From IMG/VR virus record IMGVR_UViG_3300002026_000017, positions 1 to 64,000 of that record: a stretch of DNA of 64,000 bases; one strand, written 5' to 3'. Numbering within the stretch: the first letter of the stretch is position 1; every line of letters begins with the position of its first letter. The stretch comes from a virus (Duplodnaviria > Caudoviricetes). The position numbers were made by a program, and so were the translations under genes. The notes beneath the pieces were generated by a model, which was not told the DNA's origin, did no database searches, and worked only from the letters and a program-made list of their open reading frames with translations. Positions 18,221 through 29,070 of the stretch are shown piece after piece.

Positions 18221-19885
18221 TTAAACATTTAATAATTTTGTTCCCATTTTATTAATTTTTTTAAAATTTGAAAGCCAAACACTTTCAGGATTTGTTGAAT
18301 TAGATGGTGTTGGATTGTTTGAAGAATTAATTATCATATCATTATCATCATTTACTGATAATAAATTTATTAATTTTGTACCTTCTTTTCCAACAAAATC
18401 AAAAGTTTCATTTATCATTGTATCTATCATTCCTGGAGTTTTTCCTGCTCCTTTACCTTCACCTCTTGGATTGTTTTCAAAACCATGAAAGCTTCTTCCA
18501 CGTTTTGATATTTTATCTCCTTTATCATGTTTAACTGTTTTTGGATTATAATAAATTCTTGAACGTCCATGATTAAACATCATTTCAATTCCAGCTTTAT
18601 CTTTAGGTTGTCCAGGTTTTAATTTAACATTTACTTGTAATTTTGTTGGGAAATCGCCATACCCTAATGAATCTGTTGGAAATTTTATATCAGTTCCTGT
18701 AATAATTAAATTACCAATACACATTATGGGGTTATCTGGATTACCAATTGTTAAATGCCAAAAACCTGTCGGTTCACCACTTAATAATGAATTCATTACT
18801 AAAATTGATGGTCTACCAACATCATCAAGTATTTTACCTAAAGCAATACCTAATCCATTTTTCATTACATTTTTCAAAGCACTTATTGCATTACCTTTAC
18901 CATCTAGACCTGAAAAACTTTGCATCATTGTTTTTACTTCATTCCAAGCACCAGTAAAAAATTCATCTATTGAATCAGGATTCATAAATTGTGCTCTTTG
19001 TGTATATTTTGATGGTCTTTCACCAACCCAATAACGTGAACCAGGCCAAAATTTAGCATTATTATATGTAACAGCAAGAATATTTGCTATTAAATCTTTT
19101 AAAGCATATTCAGGAGTCCTACCATTTACAGATTTTAAATCATAATCAAATTGAATATCAAATTCTTTTGTAAATTCCATACCAACATCACGTATATTTG
19201 TATTTGTTATGGAATCAACAGGACCATATACTTTATTTTGGTCATGTTTTGGGTCATAATTATTTCTATTTTCGCCACGAAGATTATTTTGTGATAATTG
19301 TGGGTCAATGTAACTCATTATTTTTTTTGACATACCACTAAAACCTGATTGGTCTCCAATAGAAGAAGCTTGTTCCATTTCAGCGGTTAATTCTTTCCAT
19401 TTCATACCATAACTGAAAGATAAAATTTCTTCAAGTTTATTGGTTTCTTGGTCAAAATATGTAACCATTCTAGCTATATCTGGTTCAGCTTGATTATGTT
19501 TATCAAAAATATTATCTGTACATGGTACTGGAAATCTTCTTAATGTTATTAATCTATTTATTGGAAAATTAAGTTTTTTACAATAAAGAAAATCTTCAGC
19601 ATCATATTGTTGTGCACCTTTTTCAGACATTTTGCATAAATCTACGAAATTTTTTGGTGCTTTATCTCTGTAATTATTATATGCTTTATTTTCATCAGGT
19701 GAAGTTCCATTAAGTTTAATTAAATGTAATTTATTAACTAATGAACCATAAATTTCACCTTCCTTTAATTGAGCTTCTCCTTTTTCAGATATACCAATTG
19801 GAATAGCTAAATTATCTTTTTCTAATTCGTAAGGTACAAATTTATTAAAAATTCCCTGATAATTTTTACCATGTTTAGCTTCCAT
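18221..19885 (-). CDS. Hypothetical protein, probably structural (baseplate/tail-associated)
   Basis: 554 aa; beta-rich WHLTIGNP..GNLII..FPTKLQVNVKL segment; function not established. Confidence 0.5.
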   Translation of the reverse strand: MEAKHGKNYQGIFNKFVPYELEKDNLAIPIGISEKGEAQLKEGEIYGSLVNKLHLIKLNGTSPDENKAYNNYRDKAPKNFVDLCKMSEKGAQQYDAEDFLYCKKLNFPINRLITLRRFPVPCTDNIFDKHNQAEPDIARMVTYFDQETNKLEEILSFSYGMKWKELTAEMEQASSIGDQSGFSGMSKKIMSYIDPQLSQNNLRGENRNNYDPKHDQNKVYGPVDSITNTNIRDVGMEFTKEFDIQFDYDLKSVNGRTPEYALKDLIANILAVTYNNAKFWPGSRYWVGERPSKYTQRAQFMNPDSIDEFFTGAWNEVKTMMQSFSGLDGKGNAISALKNVMKNGLGIALGKILDDVGRPSILVMNSLLSGEPTGFWHLTIGNPDNPIMCIGNLIITGTDIKFPTDSLGYGDFPTKLQVNVKLKPGQPKDKAGIEMMFNHGRSRIYYNPKTVKHDKGDKISKRGRSFHGFENNPRGEGKGAGKTPGMIDTMINETFDFVGKEGTKLINLLSVNDDNDMIINSSNNPTPSNSTNPESVWLSNFKKINKMGTKLLNV

Positions 19886-20366
19886 TTCTTATATCTTTTA
19901 ATTGATTTTCCAAATCATTAATAATTATTAAATTGAATTCATTACGTAATTTAGTAATGAATTCAAGATTTTTTCTTACAAAAAAACCATCTATTTTAAA
20001 TAAATTATTTTCAAAAAAACCCATTAACGTTTTATCAGTTATATATTTAATATAACTTCCTGTTATTTTATTATTTTCATATTTTATTAATGAAAATTGC
20101 TTACTATATATGAATTTATTTATTGTTTCAGGTGGTTCTATAATTTCCAATAATTTAATAAAATATGTTTTATTCATACCATCATTAATATTATCATCTA
20201 AAATAACACCTCTACCAATTAATAATTTATGATAATCACTAATATTTTGGAATATAAAATAACATTCATTATCTATATGTAAGATTTGATTTTCATCATT
20301 ATAAATATTAATAAATGTGTTATTAATAATACCGAAAGATAAATTTTGATTTTGAATATGTCCCAT
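19875..20366 (-). CDS. Hypothetical protein
   Basis: 163-aa ORF, tight packing. Confidence 0.65.
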   Translation of the reverse strand: MGHIQNQNLSFGIINNTFINIYNDENQILHIDNECYFIFQNISDYHKLLIGRGVILDDNINDGMNKTYFIKLLEIIEPPETINKFIYSKQFSLIKYENNKITGSYIKYITDKTLMGFFENNLFKIDGFFVRKNLEFITKLRNEFNLIIINDLENQLKDIRNGS

Positions 20367-20368
20367 TT

Positions 20369-21283
20369 TTAATAATATTTTGAAACTTTATCTAATAATG
20401 TTTTTATTCTAATATCATCTGTTGATGTGATTGTTGTGTTTTTTTGATTTTCCACAACAATTTCAGGTTTAACAATTTCAGGTTCAATAACTTCAATATC
20501 ACCAATATTTAAAATATTTTCTTTAACAACAGGAATTTTTTGATTTTCAACATTTTCATTTGTTAACATTTCAAATATTTTATCTTTCATTTTTTCATTA
20601 ATCAATAATTGTGTTTCTTTTGATGATAAAATAAAATTTATAACTTTGTTAATATCAAGATTTAACAAATTAATTGTTTCCTTTAATTTAACAAAATTAT
20701 AATCTATCGGTATTCGGATTTTTAATTCAATACTTTCTTTTTCATGAATTTTTATTTTACTTAAAACATTATGTATGAATTTTTCATCTTCAGGTATTTG
20801 AGGAATTTCACTTTTCTGTAAAACATTTTCCTTCAAATATGGTTTATATATTGGTATTTCCTGTATTACCTTATTTTCTAATATTTCTTCAACAACTTGA
20901 TTTTCATTGGAATCTCCTAAACCATCTAATAAAAATTTAGGTAATATTTTTGTTGGATTTTCATCTATAGATGTATTCATGAAAATCCAATTATTTGTTA
21001 ATTCATATTCGGAAATAGATTTATTTACAAGAACATTATTTCTTTTAACTAATTCATCAGTTTTCCAATAACCTAAATTATTTTCATCAACTCCAATTAT
21101 TTTTATTATTTCTATTGGAATATCTTTATTTCCAATTTCACCACTATTAATATTTTTATAGTGACCCTTACGTATTATTTGATTCATATTTTTAGTATTT
21201 GTAGTATTTGTATTATTGGAACCTAAATTTTTTCTAAATAATTTAAACAATCCCTCATAGAATTTTTTGAAATTTTTTGACAT
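20369..21283 (-). CDS. Hypothetical protein
   Basis: 304-aa ORF. Confidence 0.65.
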   Translation of the reverse strand: MSKNFKKFYEGLFKLFRKNLGSNNTNTTNTKNMNQIIRKGHYKNINSGEIGNKDIPIEIIKIIGVDENNLGYWKTDELVKRNNVLVNKSISEYELTNNWIFMNTSIDENPTKILPKFLLDGLGDSNENQVVEEILENKVIQEIPIYKPYLKENVLQKSEIPQIPEDEKFIHNVLSKIKIHEKESIELKIRIPIDYNFVKLKETINLLNLDINKVINFILSSKETQLLINEKMKDKIFEMLTNENVENQKIPVVKENILNIGDIEVIEPEIVKPEIVVENQKNTTITSTDDIRIKTLLDKVSKYY

Positions 21284-21645
21284 AATTCAGTATTTTTAGT
21301 ATCAGAGTTAATAATATTAAAATTATTAACATAATTATTTAGTATAAATTTTAATGTTTTTATATTGGTACTATCTATTTTTTCAAAAATATTTTTATAT
21401 TCAATAAAATAATCTTTAGATAATATATTTGTCTTTAGTTGATTGTAAGTTTTACATACAGAAAAAATATTCTTTTTATTAAAATCATCAATAAAAAAAT
21501 TATTTTTTTTCAAAAAACACCAATTTAATAATATTATTAAATTATTAATGTTTTCAGAAATTTCACCTGCATTTGTGATGTGTGTTTTTTCTTTTATTTT
21601 TAAACGATAATCTTTAAAAATCTCCATGTTTTTGTTATTTTCCAT
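21223..21645 (-). CDS. Hypothetical protein
   Basis: 140-aa ORF. Confidence 0.55.
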   Translation of the reverse strand: MENNKNMEIFKDYRLKIKEKTHITNAGEISENINNLIILLNWCFLKKNNFFIDDFNKKNIFSVCKTYNQLKTNILSKDYFIEYKNIFEKIDSTNIKTLKFILNNYVNNFNIINSDTKNTELCQKISKNSMRDCLNYLEKI

Positions 21646-21649
21646 ATTA

Positions 21650-21958
21650 TTAAGGTGTATCTATTTTTATTCCATTGAAAAAAGTTTCAATTATTTTCAG
21701 TTGTTTTTCCTTTACAACTCTCATATATTGATGTTGTATAAATTTTATTTTTTTGTCTTTGTTGTTTGCTTCTGATTTGCAATTTTCACAAAAAATAGCA
21801 TTATTTCCAAATTGTTTATATGAAATAAAAATTTCTGTTAAACATTTCATACATTTCCAAGGAAATTTAGTATGAAATATATATCTATTTGGATAACTAT
21901 TAATTTTATTATATTCTAGTATTATTTTTAATGATGTTTCTTTATCAAGATTTACCAT
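21650..21958 (-). CDS. Zinc-finger protein
   Basis: CMKC...CENC pair. Confidence 0.6.
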   Translation of the reverse strand: MVNLDKETSLKIILEYNKINSYPNRYIFHTKFPWKCMKCLTEIFISYKQFGNNAIFCENCKSEANNKDKKIKFIQHQYMRVVKEKQLKIIETFFNGIKIDTP

Positions 21959-21972
21959 ATTTCAAGTATTTA

Positions 21973-22005
21973 AAAACCCACCACCAAATTTAGGTGGTGG
22001 GTTTT
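21973..22005 (-). terminator. Terminator after major capsid gene
   Basis: AAAACCCACCACC-7 nt-GGTGGTGGGTTTT, GC-rich stem. Confidence 0.85.
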
Positions 22006-22041
22006 ATTAATAAATATTAACTAACTTAAAAACTAAAACAA

Positions 22042-23856
22042 TTAAGACCAGTTATATTCGTTCAAAGCTACCATGGTGTAGTAATTGATTTCAGGATAGA
22101 AACCAATATCGGCAATTTTGAAACGAGACCAAACTCTGATTTTTTCTGCCATTGTTCCTTCAACAACCATTTGACGAGATGCAGCTAAGTCATAAGCTAA
22201 GAATTTAGCTCCTGGGTCTGTATCGTTACCTCTACGTCCTAAAAGAATTCTAGGGTCAGTGAAAGAAATTCTTGGGTTTTTGTAAACATTAATCGTATCA
22301 AATACTGTTCCAGAATAATGTAATTCAGGAGTTTGTGTTAATGTATTTGATGTTAGATTAGTTTGGAATTTTGAATTCTTTTTCAATGTTGCTGCAAGAG
22401 CACCACCAAGAACCATAAAATCAGGACCACCAATACGATTTTGTTGAGCAATAAATTCAGCTGTTAACAAAATTCTTGAATACAAACGGTCAGCATGTGT
22501 CATTTGATTTTCATAAGCTGCAGATTGCATTGAATTGGTAATTACACCCATATCAGATTTAACATCAACACCTAACATATCAACATATTTAACATCAATA
22601 TCATTAAAAGTTTTACTTACATTAGATGGAGCTGAAATATATAAAGAATGATTAATTCCTTGAGAACGATAAGCACCAACAGCATGTTCAACACCTAAAG
22701 CATAAAGGTGATTTAATATAATTTCATCAATAGTTTGAACTAATTGATTTTGTACTCCATTATAAAGTCTTGAAATTACATTAATTCCTTGAGCAGCTAA
22801 ATCTTTGATTTGGATATTTGAAGTATCAGCTTCAATTTCAATACCGTCCATCTCTAATTGTTTGTCCATTGAAATAACATTCAATTTATGTTTCGGTCCT
22901 TTTTCATGTTGAGCACGAGACATTTGAAGTGAATTGTTATTTGTTGAAGCTTCAGCAATATTTGTTCTTGTTGCAGAAGCAAAATGAGCTGTTGTATTTG
23001 TTAATGTTGTTACTGCTGTTCCAACAAGAACTTTAGCACCAGCTAAAGCAACATTTATAGCATCTAAAACTTCTTTAACAGAAGTTGTATTTGTTTCTGT
23101 ATAAACAGCTGCAGTTGACACAACATCAACAGTTCCTGTAGATAAAACTTCCACAGTTAACGCAGCTTTCACAGTTGAAGCCATCATGAAACGAACTTTC
23201 ATAGCTTTCAAATCTGAAGACATCAAAATTAATTCAGTTGTAGCTCTTTTTAATGCTTGAGTTTTAACCCATGTAGCAGTAAAAATAGAACTTGCTAATT
23301 CAATGTAACTTGGTTGATTAGCAGCATCATCCATAGGACCTCCACCATAAACAGTATCAACATAGTTAACAACAACTTTAGGAGTATCTACAGCAATTGT
23401 TGGCATAAGGTCAAACCCAATACAGTGCATTGCAATATGTGATTGTAAACCAAATACATAACTTGGAATATCACCTGAACCAGGTTGATAAGCTGGATTC
23501 CACATTCCTCCTGGAACAGAAGTACCATTACCTGGATTAGCAACGTTACCCATATTCATAACATTACCCGGAGTACTAACATTTTCAAATAATTGTTTTA
23601 TTTGACCAATATTTCCAAAAATTTGTGCGTCTTCATTTAATGGAGTTGTTCCCATCATACCAGCTACACGAACTCTGTTAGCATATTGTTTAGAAAGAAA
23701 ATCTACTTTTTCTTTCTTGATAGCTTCACGATTTCCAGAATAATGACCTAATGATTCAGCAAAAGCATTTTCCATTAATGGTTTCATTCTTGCAACACTA
23801 TTCATATCTAAATGAGTATGTTGATAAATTGGTTGGTTTTTTTGATTTCCAAACAT
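22042..23856 (-). CDS. gp23: Major capsid protein (T4 gp23-like)
   Basis: Last gene of portal-protease-scaffold-capsid order; C-terminal GRRG..DPGAKFLAY...IRVWSRF matches gp23-type ending; strongly biased codons; strong terminator. Confidence 0.85.
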   Translation of the reverse strand: MFGNQKNQPIYQHTHLDMNSVARMKPLMENAFAESLGHYSGNREAIKKEKVDFLSKQYANRVRVAGMMGTTPLNEDAQIFGNIGQIKQLFENVSTPGNVMNMGNVANPGNGTSVPGGMWNPAYQPGSGDIPSYVFGLQSHIAMHCIGFDLMPTIAVDTPKVVVNYVDTVYGGGPMDDAANQPSYIELASSIFTATWVKTQALKRATTELILMSSDLKAMKVRFMMASTVKAALTVEVLSTGTVDVVSTAAVYTETNTTSVKEVLDAINVALAGAKVLVGTAVTTLTNTTAHFASATRTNIAEASTNNNSLQMSRAQHEKGPKHKLNVISMDKQLEMDGIEIEADTSNIQIKDLAAQGINVISRLYNGVQNQLVQTIDEIILNHLYALGVEHAVGAYRSQGINHSLYISAPSNVSKTFNDIDVKYVDMLGVDVKSDMGVITNSMQSAAYENQMTHADRLYSRILLTAEFIAQQNRIGGPDFMVLGGALAATLKKNSKFQTNLTSNTLTQTPELHYSGTVFDTINVYKNPRISFTDPRILLGRRGNDTDPGAKFLAYDLAASRQMVVEGTMAEKIRVWSRFKIADIGFYPEINYYTMVALNEYNWS

Positions 23857-23949
23857 AATTTTAAATTTTTATAAATTAATTTTAAATATTATTTTTTTAG
23901 TATTTTTAACTGGGATTAAAAATTGCTTTAACGATGAATCAAAATATTT

Positions 23950-24885
23950 TTAATATTTTAAATATTTTTCTCTTAATGATTCATTTAATTGCTGATTTTT
24001 TTGTTGTCCAGCTTTTTGTTGCTCTACAAGTTTTTGTTGTTGAGCTTTTTGTTGCTCTACAAGTTTTTGTTGTTGAGCTTTTTGTTGCTCTACAAGTTTT
24101 TGTTGTTGAGCTTTTTGTTGCTCCACAAGTTTTTGTTGTTGAGCTGAAGTTTGTTGAGCTTTTTGTTGTTGTTTTTCTCCTTCAACTAATTTTTGTTGAG
24201 CTTTTTGTTGAGCTTCTTTCAACTGTTGTTGTTGTTGCTTAGCTTTTTGAGCTGGTACTTGTTGAACTTTTTGTTGTTGTTCAAGTTGTTTTTGTTGTTG
24301 CTGATGCTTTTGCTGCATTTGTTTCAACTGTTGTTTTTCAGCTTGTTGTTGTTGTTTCAACTGTTCTTGTTGTTGCTTAGCTTTTTGAGCTGGTACTTGT
24401 TGAACTTTTTGTTGTTGAGCTAACTGTTTTTGTTGTTGTTGATGTTTTTGTTCTTGTGCTTGTTGAACTTTATCATCACAATTTTCTTCTTCATCTAAAT
24501 CTTCAGATTCAAACAAAAATTCATCATCATCATCATCTAAATCTAAATCTAAATCTAAATCCAAATCTTCTTCAAATTCATCTGATTCAAACATAAATTC
24601 TTCTTCTTCTTCTTCTTCTTCTTCTTCAAATAAAAATTCATCTCCTTCAGCAAATCCATCATGTTGACCACCATAAAGTGTTGACATGCTTGGGTCATAA
24701 GATAAAAGCATATCATCTTCATCTTGATTTAATTCAGGAACATAATCCAAATCTTGTTGATTACTTAAATCATCATCAAAATCTATAAATTGTTGTGATT
24801 CATTTAATGCAGTGTTTGCTTCCAATGAAATTTCATTTTCAACATCTGTTACAGATGTTATAAAAAAATCGGCAAATCCTTCCAT
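23950..24885 (-). CDS. Candidate prohead scaffolding protein (gp22 position), acidic plus Q/K-rich
   Basis: Between protease and capsid genes; poly-E/D N-half, Q/K repeats; two LNE|S motifs. Confidence 0.6.
   Translation of the reverse strand: MEGFADFFITSVTDVENEISLEANTALNESQQFIDFDDDLSNQQDLDYVPELNQDEDDMLLSYDPSMSTLYGGQHDGFAEGDEFLFEEEEEEEEEEFMFESDEFEEDLDLDLDLDLDDDDDEFLFESEDLDEEENCDDKVQQAQEQKHQQQQKQLAQQQKVQQVPAQKAKQQQEQLKQQQQAEKQQLKQMQQKHQQQQKQLEQQQKVQQVPAQKAKQQQQQLKEAQQKAQQKLVEGEKQQQKAQQTSAQQQKLVEQQKAQQQKLVEQQKAQQQKLVEQQKAQQQKLVEQQKAGQQKNQQLNESLREKYLKY
24011..24142 (-). repeat. Four tandem 33-bp repeats (KLVEQQKAQQQ)
   Basis: GCTTTTTGTTGCTCTACAAGTTTTTGTTGTTGA x4; a 138-bp-period duplication also at 24241/24379. 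Confidence 0.9.
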
Positions 24886-24986
24886 GTGTTTAATTTTAGT
24901 TATTAATTATTATTAAATTATTTATTTAATGGGATAAAAAATTTATTTTTGTTTATATATTTAGTTTTTGTTTGGAGAAATATTTT

Positions 24987-25925
24987 TTAATCCATTCCGC
25001 TTGTTGAAATTCCTTCGGTTACAAATCCAGCTGAATTATCATAAACAGCATTATTTAATTTAGAATATTTTCCAACTGCTTTATTCATTTGATTATGAAA
25101 ATCTAATTTGAAAGATTCATTTAATTTCAATTGTTCTTGTTTCAATTCTTTTTTAACTGAATTTGATAATTCATTTTCAACTTTATCTTCTTTCGCTAAT
25201 TCACCTTTCTGCATTATTTCAGCATCATGTTTTATTTCAGCTTTTTCAGCTTTGTTTTTTTGTGTACGTTCAGATTCAAAAAGTTGTATGTTTATTTTTT
25301 GTGATTCATAAAAATTAATTAATTTACCTATTTCATCATTATATTGAATGTTGTTATTATTTTCATTTAATTTTGTGAAAGAAACTATTGAAGAACTAAA
25401 TCCAGGATGATAAACAATATCAAAAGTTATCATTAATTTTAAAACAGCATTAATTGTTCCATCTGGATTAGCTATTTCTGAACCTCCACCTCTTGCAGAA
25501 ACAGCTAATTGGCCTCCCGATTTAATGATTTCTTGTGCGTTTTTACCATTTACAGTATTTAATAACATTATAATACCAAATACTTTTTTCAATGATTTAT
25601 CATACCAAATATCTAATATTTTGTGACTTATTAAATTAACATCTGTTGAATAACCTTTAGGATGTTCTAAATGTCCATACAAACCTTTTGCTGAAAAAAC
25701 CTGTAATTTTAATTGTTCAACAAATACTAAATAATTATCTTCAGTATAAATACGATTATTGTTATTTAATTCACCTATTGATGCAAATTCTCCTTCAAGA
25801 ATAATACCATCATATTGTTTTCCAGTTGTTGGGTCTATGATTTTTTCAAGAATATCCTTATTATCACATCTTTTTAATGGATTATTTGAAGCTTCTGTAT
25901 ATATAAAATGTTTTTCTTGTGACAT
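24987..25925 (-). CDS. gp21: Prohead core protease (T4 gp21-like)
   Basis: NNNNRIY, GHLEHP, VSARGGGS and FDIVYHPGF motifs. Confidence 0.9.
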   Translation of the reverse strand: MSQEKHFIYTEASNNPLKRCDNKDILEKIIDPTTGKQYDGIILEGEFASIGELNNNNRIYTEDNYLVFVEQLKLQVFSAKGLYGHLEHPKGYSTDVNLISHKILDIWYDKSLKKVFGIIMLLNTVNGKNAQEIIKSGGQLAVSARGGGSEIANPDGTINAVLKLMITFDIVYHPGFSSSIVSFTKLNENNNNIQYNDEIGKLINFYESQKINIQLFESERTQKNKAEKAEIKHDAEIMQKGELAKEDKVENELSNSVKKELKQEQLKLNESFKLDFHNQMNKAVGKYSKLNNAVYDNSAGFVTEGISTSGMD

Positions 25926-25997
25926 ATTTAATTTCTTGTTAATTATTTTTGTACCTTTATAATTATTTATTACCTAACCTTTATTGAAAATTTTTAA

Positions 25998-27659
25998 TTA
26001 AAATCCATCATTATCTACTGTTTCTGGACTGTCTTCAAATTCTTCTTCATTTTCTTCTTCATTTTCAATATTTTCTTCTTGACTATCTTCTGTTTCTTCT
26101 GTATCATCTATTACTTCAGTTCCATCCGGAGCAAATCCTAAAGACACATTTTCTTTTTTACGGTATTCTTCCATTGAAGCTACTTGGTCAGGAGTAAAAT
26201 CAAGATAATTATCTCTCAACCATGTTAATGGAATCATCTGTCTTTCTGTTCCGTTAACATCGGTTACTTTACCAAATTCAGATAACGCAGTTATAATTTC
26301 AATTTTTCTACCTAATACTTCTAATTCACCTAATTTCTCATGTTGATTGAAAGCAACCCATTCAATAATAATTGAATCAATTAATGCTAAATCAATTCCA
26401 ATTTCAACTTCTTTAAGTGTTAATTGTATAAGTATTGGTTTTAATACTATTTCTGCAAGTAATTTTCTAATATCATCAATAAATTTAGAAAAATTTATTT
26501 CAGTCTTTTTAACATTTGTAACATCTACGAATCCCCAAGTTTCACTTGAATTTGGGTCAATTCTATCATAAGGTATTTCTGTTTCTTTCCAGAAAAGTTT
26601 TTCCCAATATTGCAAACTATCAACTTCTGTTAAATCTGGTCCTTGTGTATTTATTTCTTCAATTTCAGGCGAACCAGAGTTTGCTGTTTCAGCAGTAAAA
26701 AATTCATGATAACCAGTTGTATCTGTTTCACCATTATAACTAATATTTCCTGTAGAATCATCAAATTCAAAATAATTTGTATAATCATTTTTCGCTATTG
26801 CTAATTTTTGTATTGCTTCAGCTCTTGAAACATCACCTAAATTAAGTTTTATGTGCATTCTAACTTGAGATTTTACAGCAAACCATAAAATCTTAGCTGT
26901 TTGCATTGCTCTCATTATATTGAATGGTCTACGTAATTGGTCAACATAAGATATAAAACCATAATCGTATTCATTCCATTCAATTAATATTATTTGATTT
27001 TCATGTAAAATACGTTCTTTACCATTATCCATTAATGCTCTTTGTACATAAAAAACATAATCATTTTCCTTAAATTTTTGTAAGGAAGATGGTTCTATTG
27101 GTACTATGTTAACAATATCTTTTGGATTTTTTAAATTATCATAAACAATTTCAAAAGCTAATTTACCAACTTTAATAAATTCATCAACTTTTTTAGATAA
27201 TCCATCTTTTTTAAATTGAAGCATTTGCATTAATTTTGGATAAAAAATTTCATCCAAATATTTTTGAATTGCTGCTCCTGTTTCTTGTTTATCTAAAGGT
27301 AAATTTGCTAAATTTAATGTCGGATATAATGGATATTTAGATGTTTTCAAATTAGAAACAACAATTTCATTTCTAATAGCTTTCACAGCTTTTTTAACTT
27401 CACTATTTTCAGCAAACAATAATAAATTATTTCTTGTATCAATTGTTGATATTGGATTATAACCATAATTATTACGGTATCTAATATCTGGATTAAATAA
27501 TGATTTATTTGAATTACTAAAAAATATTGGGTCTGATGGACTACCTTCTCCTAATTTGGTATTTTTTCTATCAGAAGTATTTGCTAATAATATTTTTTTC
27601 GATAAACCCTTTTCAACATTTCTAGCTGAAAGGATTGAAACTCCCATTGCTAATTTCAT
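25998..27659 (-). CDS. gp20: Portal protein (T4 gp20-like)
   Basis: EFFTAE..GSPEIEEI..QGPDLTEVDSLQYW..LFWKETEIPYDRI parallels the gp20 conserved block; synteny. Confidence 0.85.
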   Translation of the reverse strand: MKLAMGVSILSARNVEKGLSKKILLANTSDRKNTKLGEGSPSDPIFFSNSNKSLFNPDIRYRNNYGYNPISTIDTRNNLLLFAENSEVKKAVKAIRNEIVVSNLKTSKYPLYPTLNLANLPLDKQETGAAIQKYLDEIFYPKLMQMLQFKKDGLSKKVDEFIKVGKLAFEIVYDNLKNPKDIVNIVPIEPSSLQKFKENDYVFYVQRALMDNGKERILHENQIILIEWNEYDYGFISYVDQLRRPFNIMRAMQTAKILWFAVKSQVRMHIKLNLGDVSRAEAIQKLAIAKNDYTNYFEFDDSTGNISYNGETDTTGYHEFFTAETANSGSPEIEEINTQGPDLTEVDSLQYWEKLFWKETEIPYDRIDPNSSETWGFVDVTNVKKTEINFSKFIDDIRKLLAEIVLKPILIQLTLKEVEIGIDLALIDSIIIEWVAFNQHEKLGELEVLGRKIEIITALSEFGKVTDVNGTERQMIPLTWLRDNYLDFTPDQVASMEEYRKKENVSLGFAPDGTEVIDDTEETEDSQEENIENEEENEEEFEDSPETVDNDGF

Positions 27660-28447
27660 GATTTTACGAATAAATTATTATTACGATAATGTTGTTGCTG
27701 ATTTTTATTATTTATTTCTTTGGTTTTCTTTTCATCACCAAAAAGATTATCATTAAATTTACCTTCAAATTTAATATATAATTGTAATAAATTTGCATTA
27801 ATTTCATCACTTATTACAGATAAATAATTTTGTTTATTTATATTTACAGATAATTTTTCTTTATAATATCCAAAATAATTTGTTTGTAATTCATATACAA
27901 ACAAATTATTTGGAAATATAAAAAATAGTTGTTTATTGCTTTTATCAAACAAAATTGAAATAATATCAACTATATTTAAGTTATATGTTATTTTCAATTC
28001 TTCTTGTAAATGATAATTATTCATTATATCAAATCCTAAAACATATATCGGTTTTTTAGCTAATAATTTTATTTTTAAAATTTCTAGAGAAATAATATCA
28101 AGTTTATTAAAATCATTAACATTAATCAATTCCAATATATTTTCCTTTAATGATTGTTTAAATAAATCAATATTAAATGATTCATTTAAATTTTGAATTA
28201 TATCTTCAGGACAAGATTCATTTAAAAATTTATTAACTTCCTGTAAATAAACAAGTTTATTATTTCGATAATCAGATAATTTTATCTGATTATTTTCTTC
28301 GATTGTACCAATAAAATCTAATGATTCAAATAATTTTTTTAATGGATTGTTTGAATTTTTTTGAATTATTGAATTTGCAACAGATAAGGTAGCAATAATT
28401 TTTTGCTCTTTTTCTTGTTGACTTAATTTTGTTGACAAATCCCTCAT
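27656..28447 (-). CDS. Hypothetical protein, candidate head protein
   Basis: 263 aa; FLNES, NLNES and KLFES motifs; 4-bp overlap with portal. Confidence 0.65.
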   Translation of the reverse strand: MRDLSTKLSQQEKEQKIIATLSVANSIIQKNSNNPLKKLFESLDFIGTIEENNQIKLSDYRNNKLVYLQEVNKFLNESCPEDIIQNLNESFNIDLFKQSLKENILELINVNDFNKLDIISLEILKIKLLAKKPIYVLGFDIMNNYHLQEELKITYNLNIVDIISILFDKSNKQLFFIFPNNLFVYELQTNYFGYYKEKLSVNINKQNYLSVISDEINANLLQLYIKFEGKFNDNLFGDEKKTKEINNKNQQQHYRNNNLFVKS

Positions 28448-28463
28448 ATTATTTTCTAGTATT

Positions 28464-28616
28464 TTAAATATCCGTATTTACAGTATTATCAATTTTTTGT
28501 TTAAATCTATTTAATTTAATACCAACATTAACAATAATTGTTGAAACAATTGAATTTTGTAAAATTATTTTTGGAAACATTCCAGCAAAAAATATTTCTA
28601 TTTTAGATGGTTGCAT
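28464..28616 (-). CDS. Possible 50-aa ORF (not in ORF track)
   Basis: MQPSKIEIFFAGMFPK...; ATG 1 bp after Dps stop and fills the gap. Confidence 0.4.
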   Translation of the reverse strand: MQPSKIEIFFAGMFPKIILQNSIVSTIIVNVGIKLNRFKQKIDNTVNTDI

Positions 28617-28617
28617 T

Positions 28618-29055
28618 TTAAACTAAATGTGATTTTAAGAACCAAAGAGTTTTATCATTTTCTTCAACTAAATTTGTTAAGAAATTAATAGTTGACACAT
28701 CTTCAGACATTTCTTTTAATTGCTCTTTAATTGTATTGTTAATTATATACAAATCATCATAAATAAATTTTATTAAATTTTGACTATCAAAAGATATTGG
28801 TTCAACAGATGTTAATATTGAAATTTCAAGAAAAAATTTCATATTTGCAACAACTGGAGAATTTAATTTTCTAATTCTTTCAGCAATTAAATCAATATCA
28901 TCATGAAATTTTTCATATAAATCTTCAAAAAATTTATGTGCTGGTAAAAAATCTGGTCCTATAACATTCCAATGAGCATTTCTTGTTTTAAGAAATAAAA
29001 CATTTTGGTTTGCTAATAATTCATTTAAAAATGCAATTGTGTTTTGTGATTCCAT
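28618..29055 (-). CDS. dps: Dps / ferritin-like DNA protection protein
   Basis: KTRNAHWNVIGPDFLPAHKFFEDLY...DLIAERIRKL ferroxidase signature; LWFLKSH ending. Confidence 0.92.
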   Translation of the reverse strand: MESQNTIAFLNELLANQNVLFLKTRNAHWNVIGPDFLPAHKFFEDLYEKFHDDIDLIAERIRKLNSPVVANMKFFLEISILTSVEPISFDSQNLIKFIYDDLYIINNTIKEQLKEMSEDVSTINFLTNLVEENDKTLWFLKSHLV

Positions 29056-29070
29056 AATTTTTAATTTAAT

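Noticed and set aside
23934-24423. Plus-strand hydrophobic ORFs 23934..24242 and 24193..24423
   Set aside because: Antisense shadows of the CAA/AAA repeats in the scaffold candidate.
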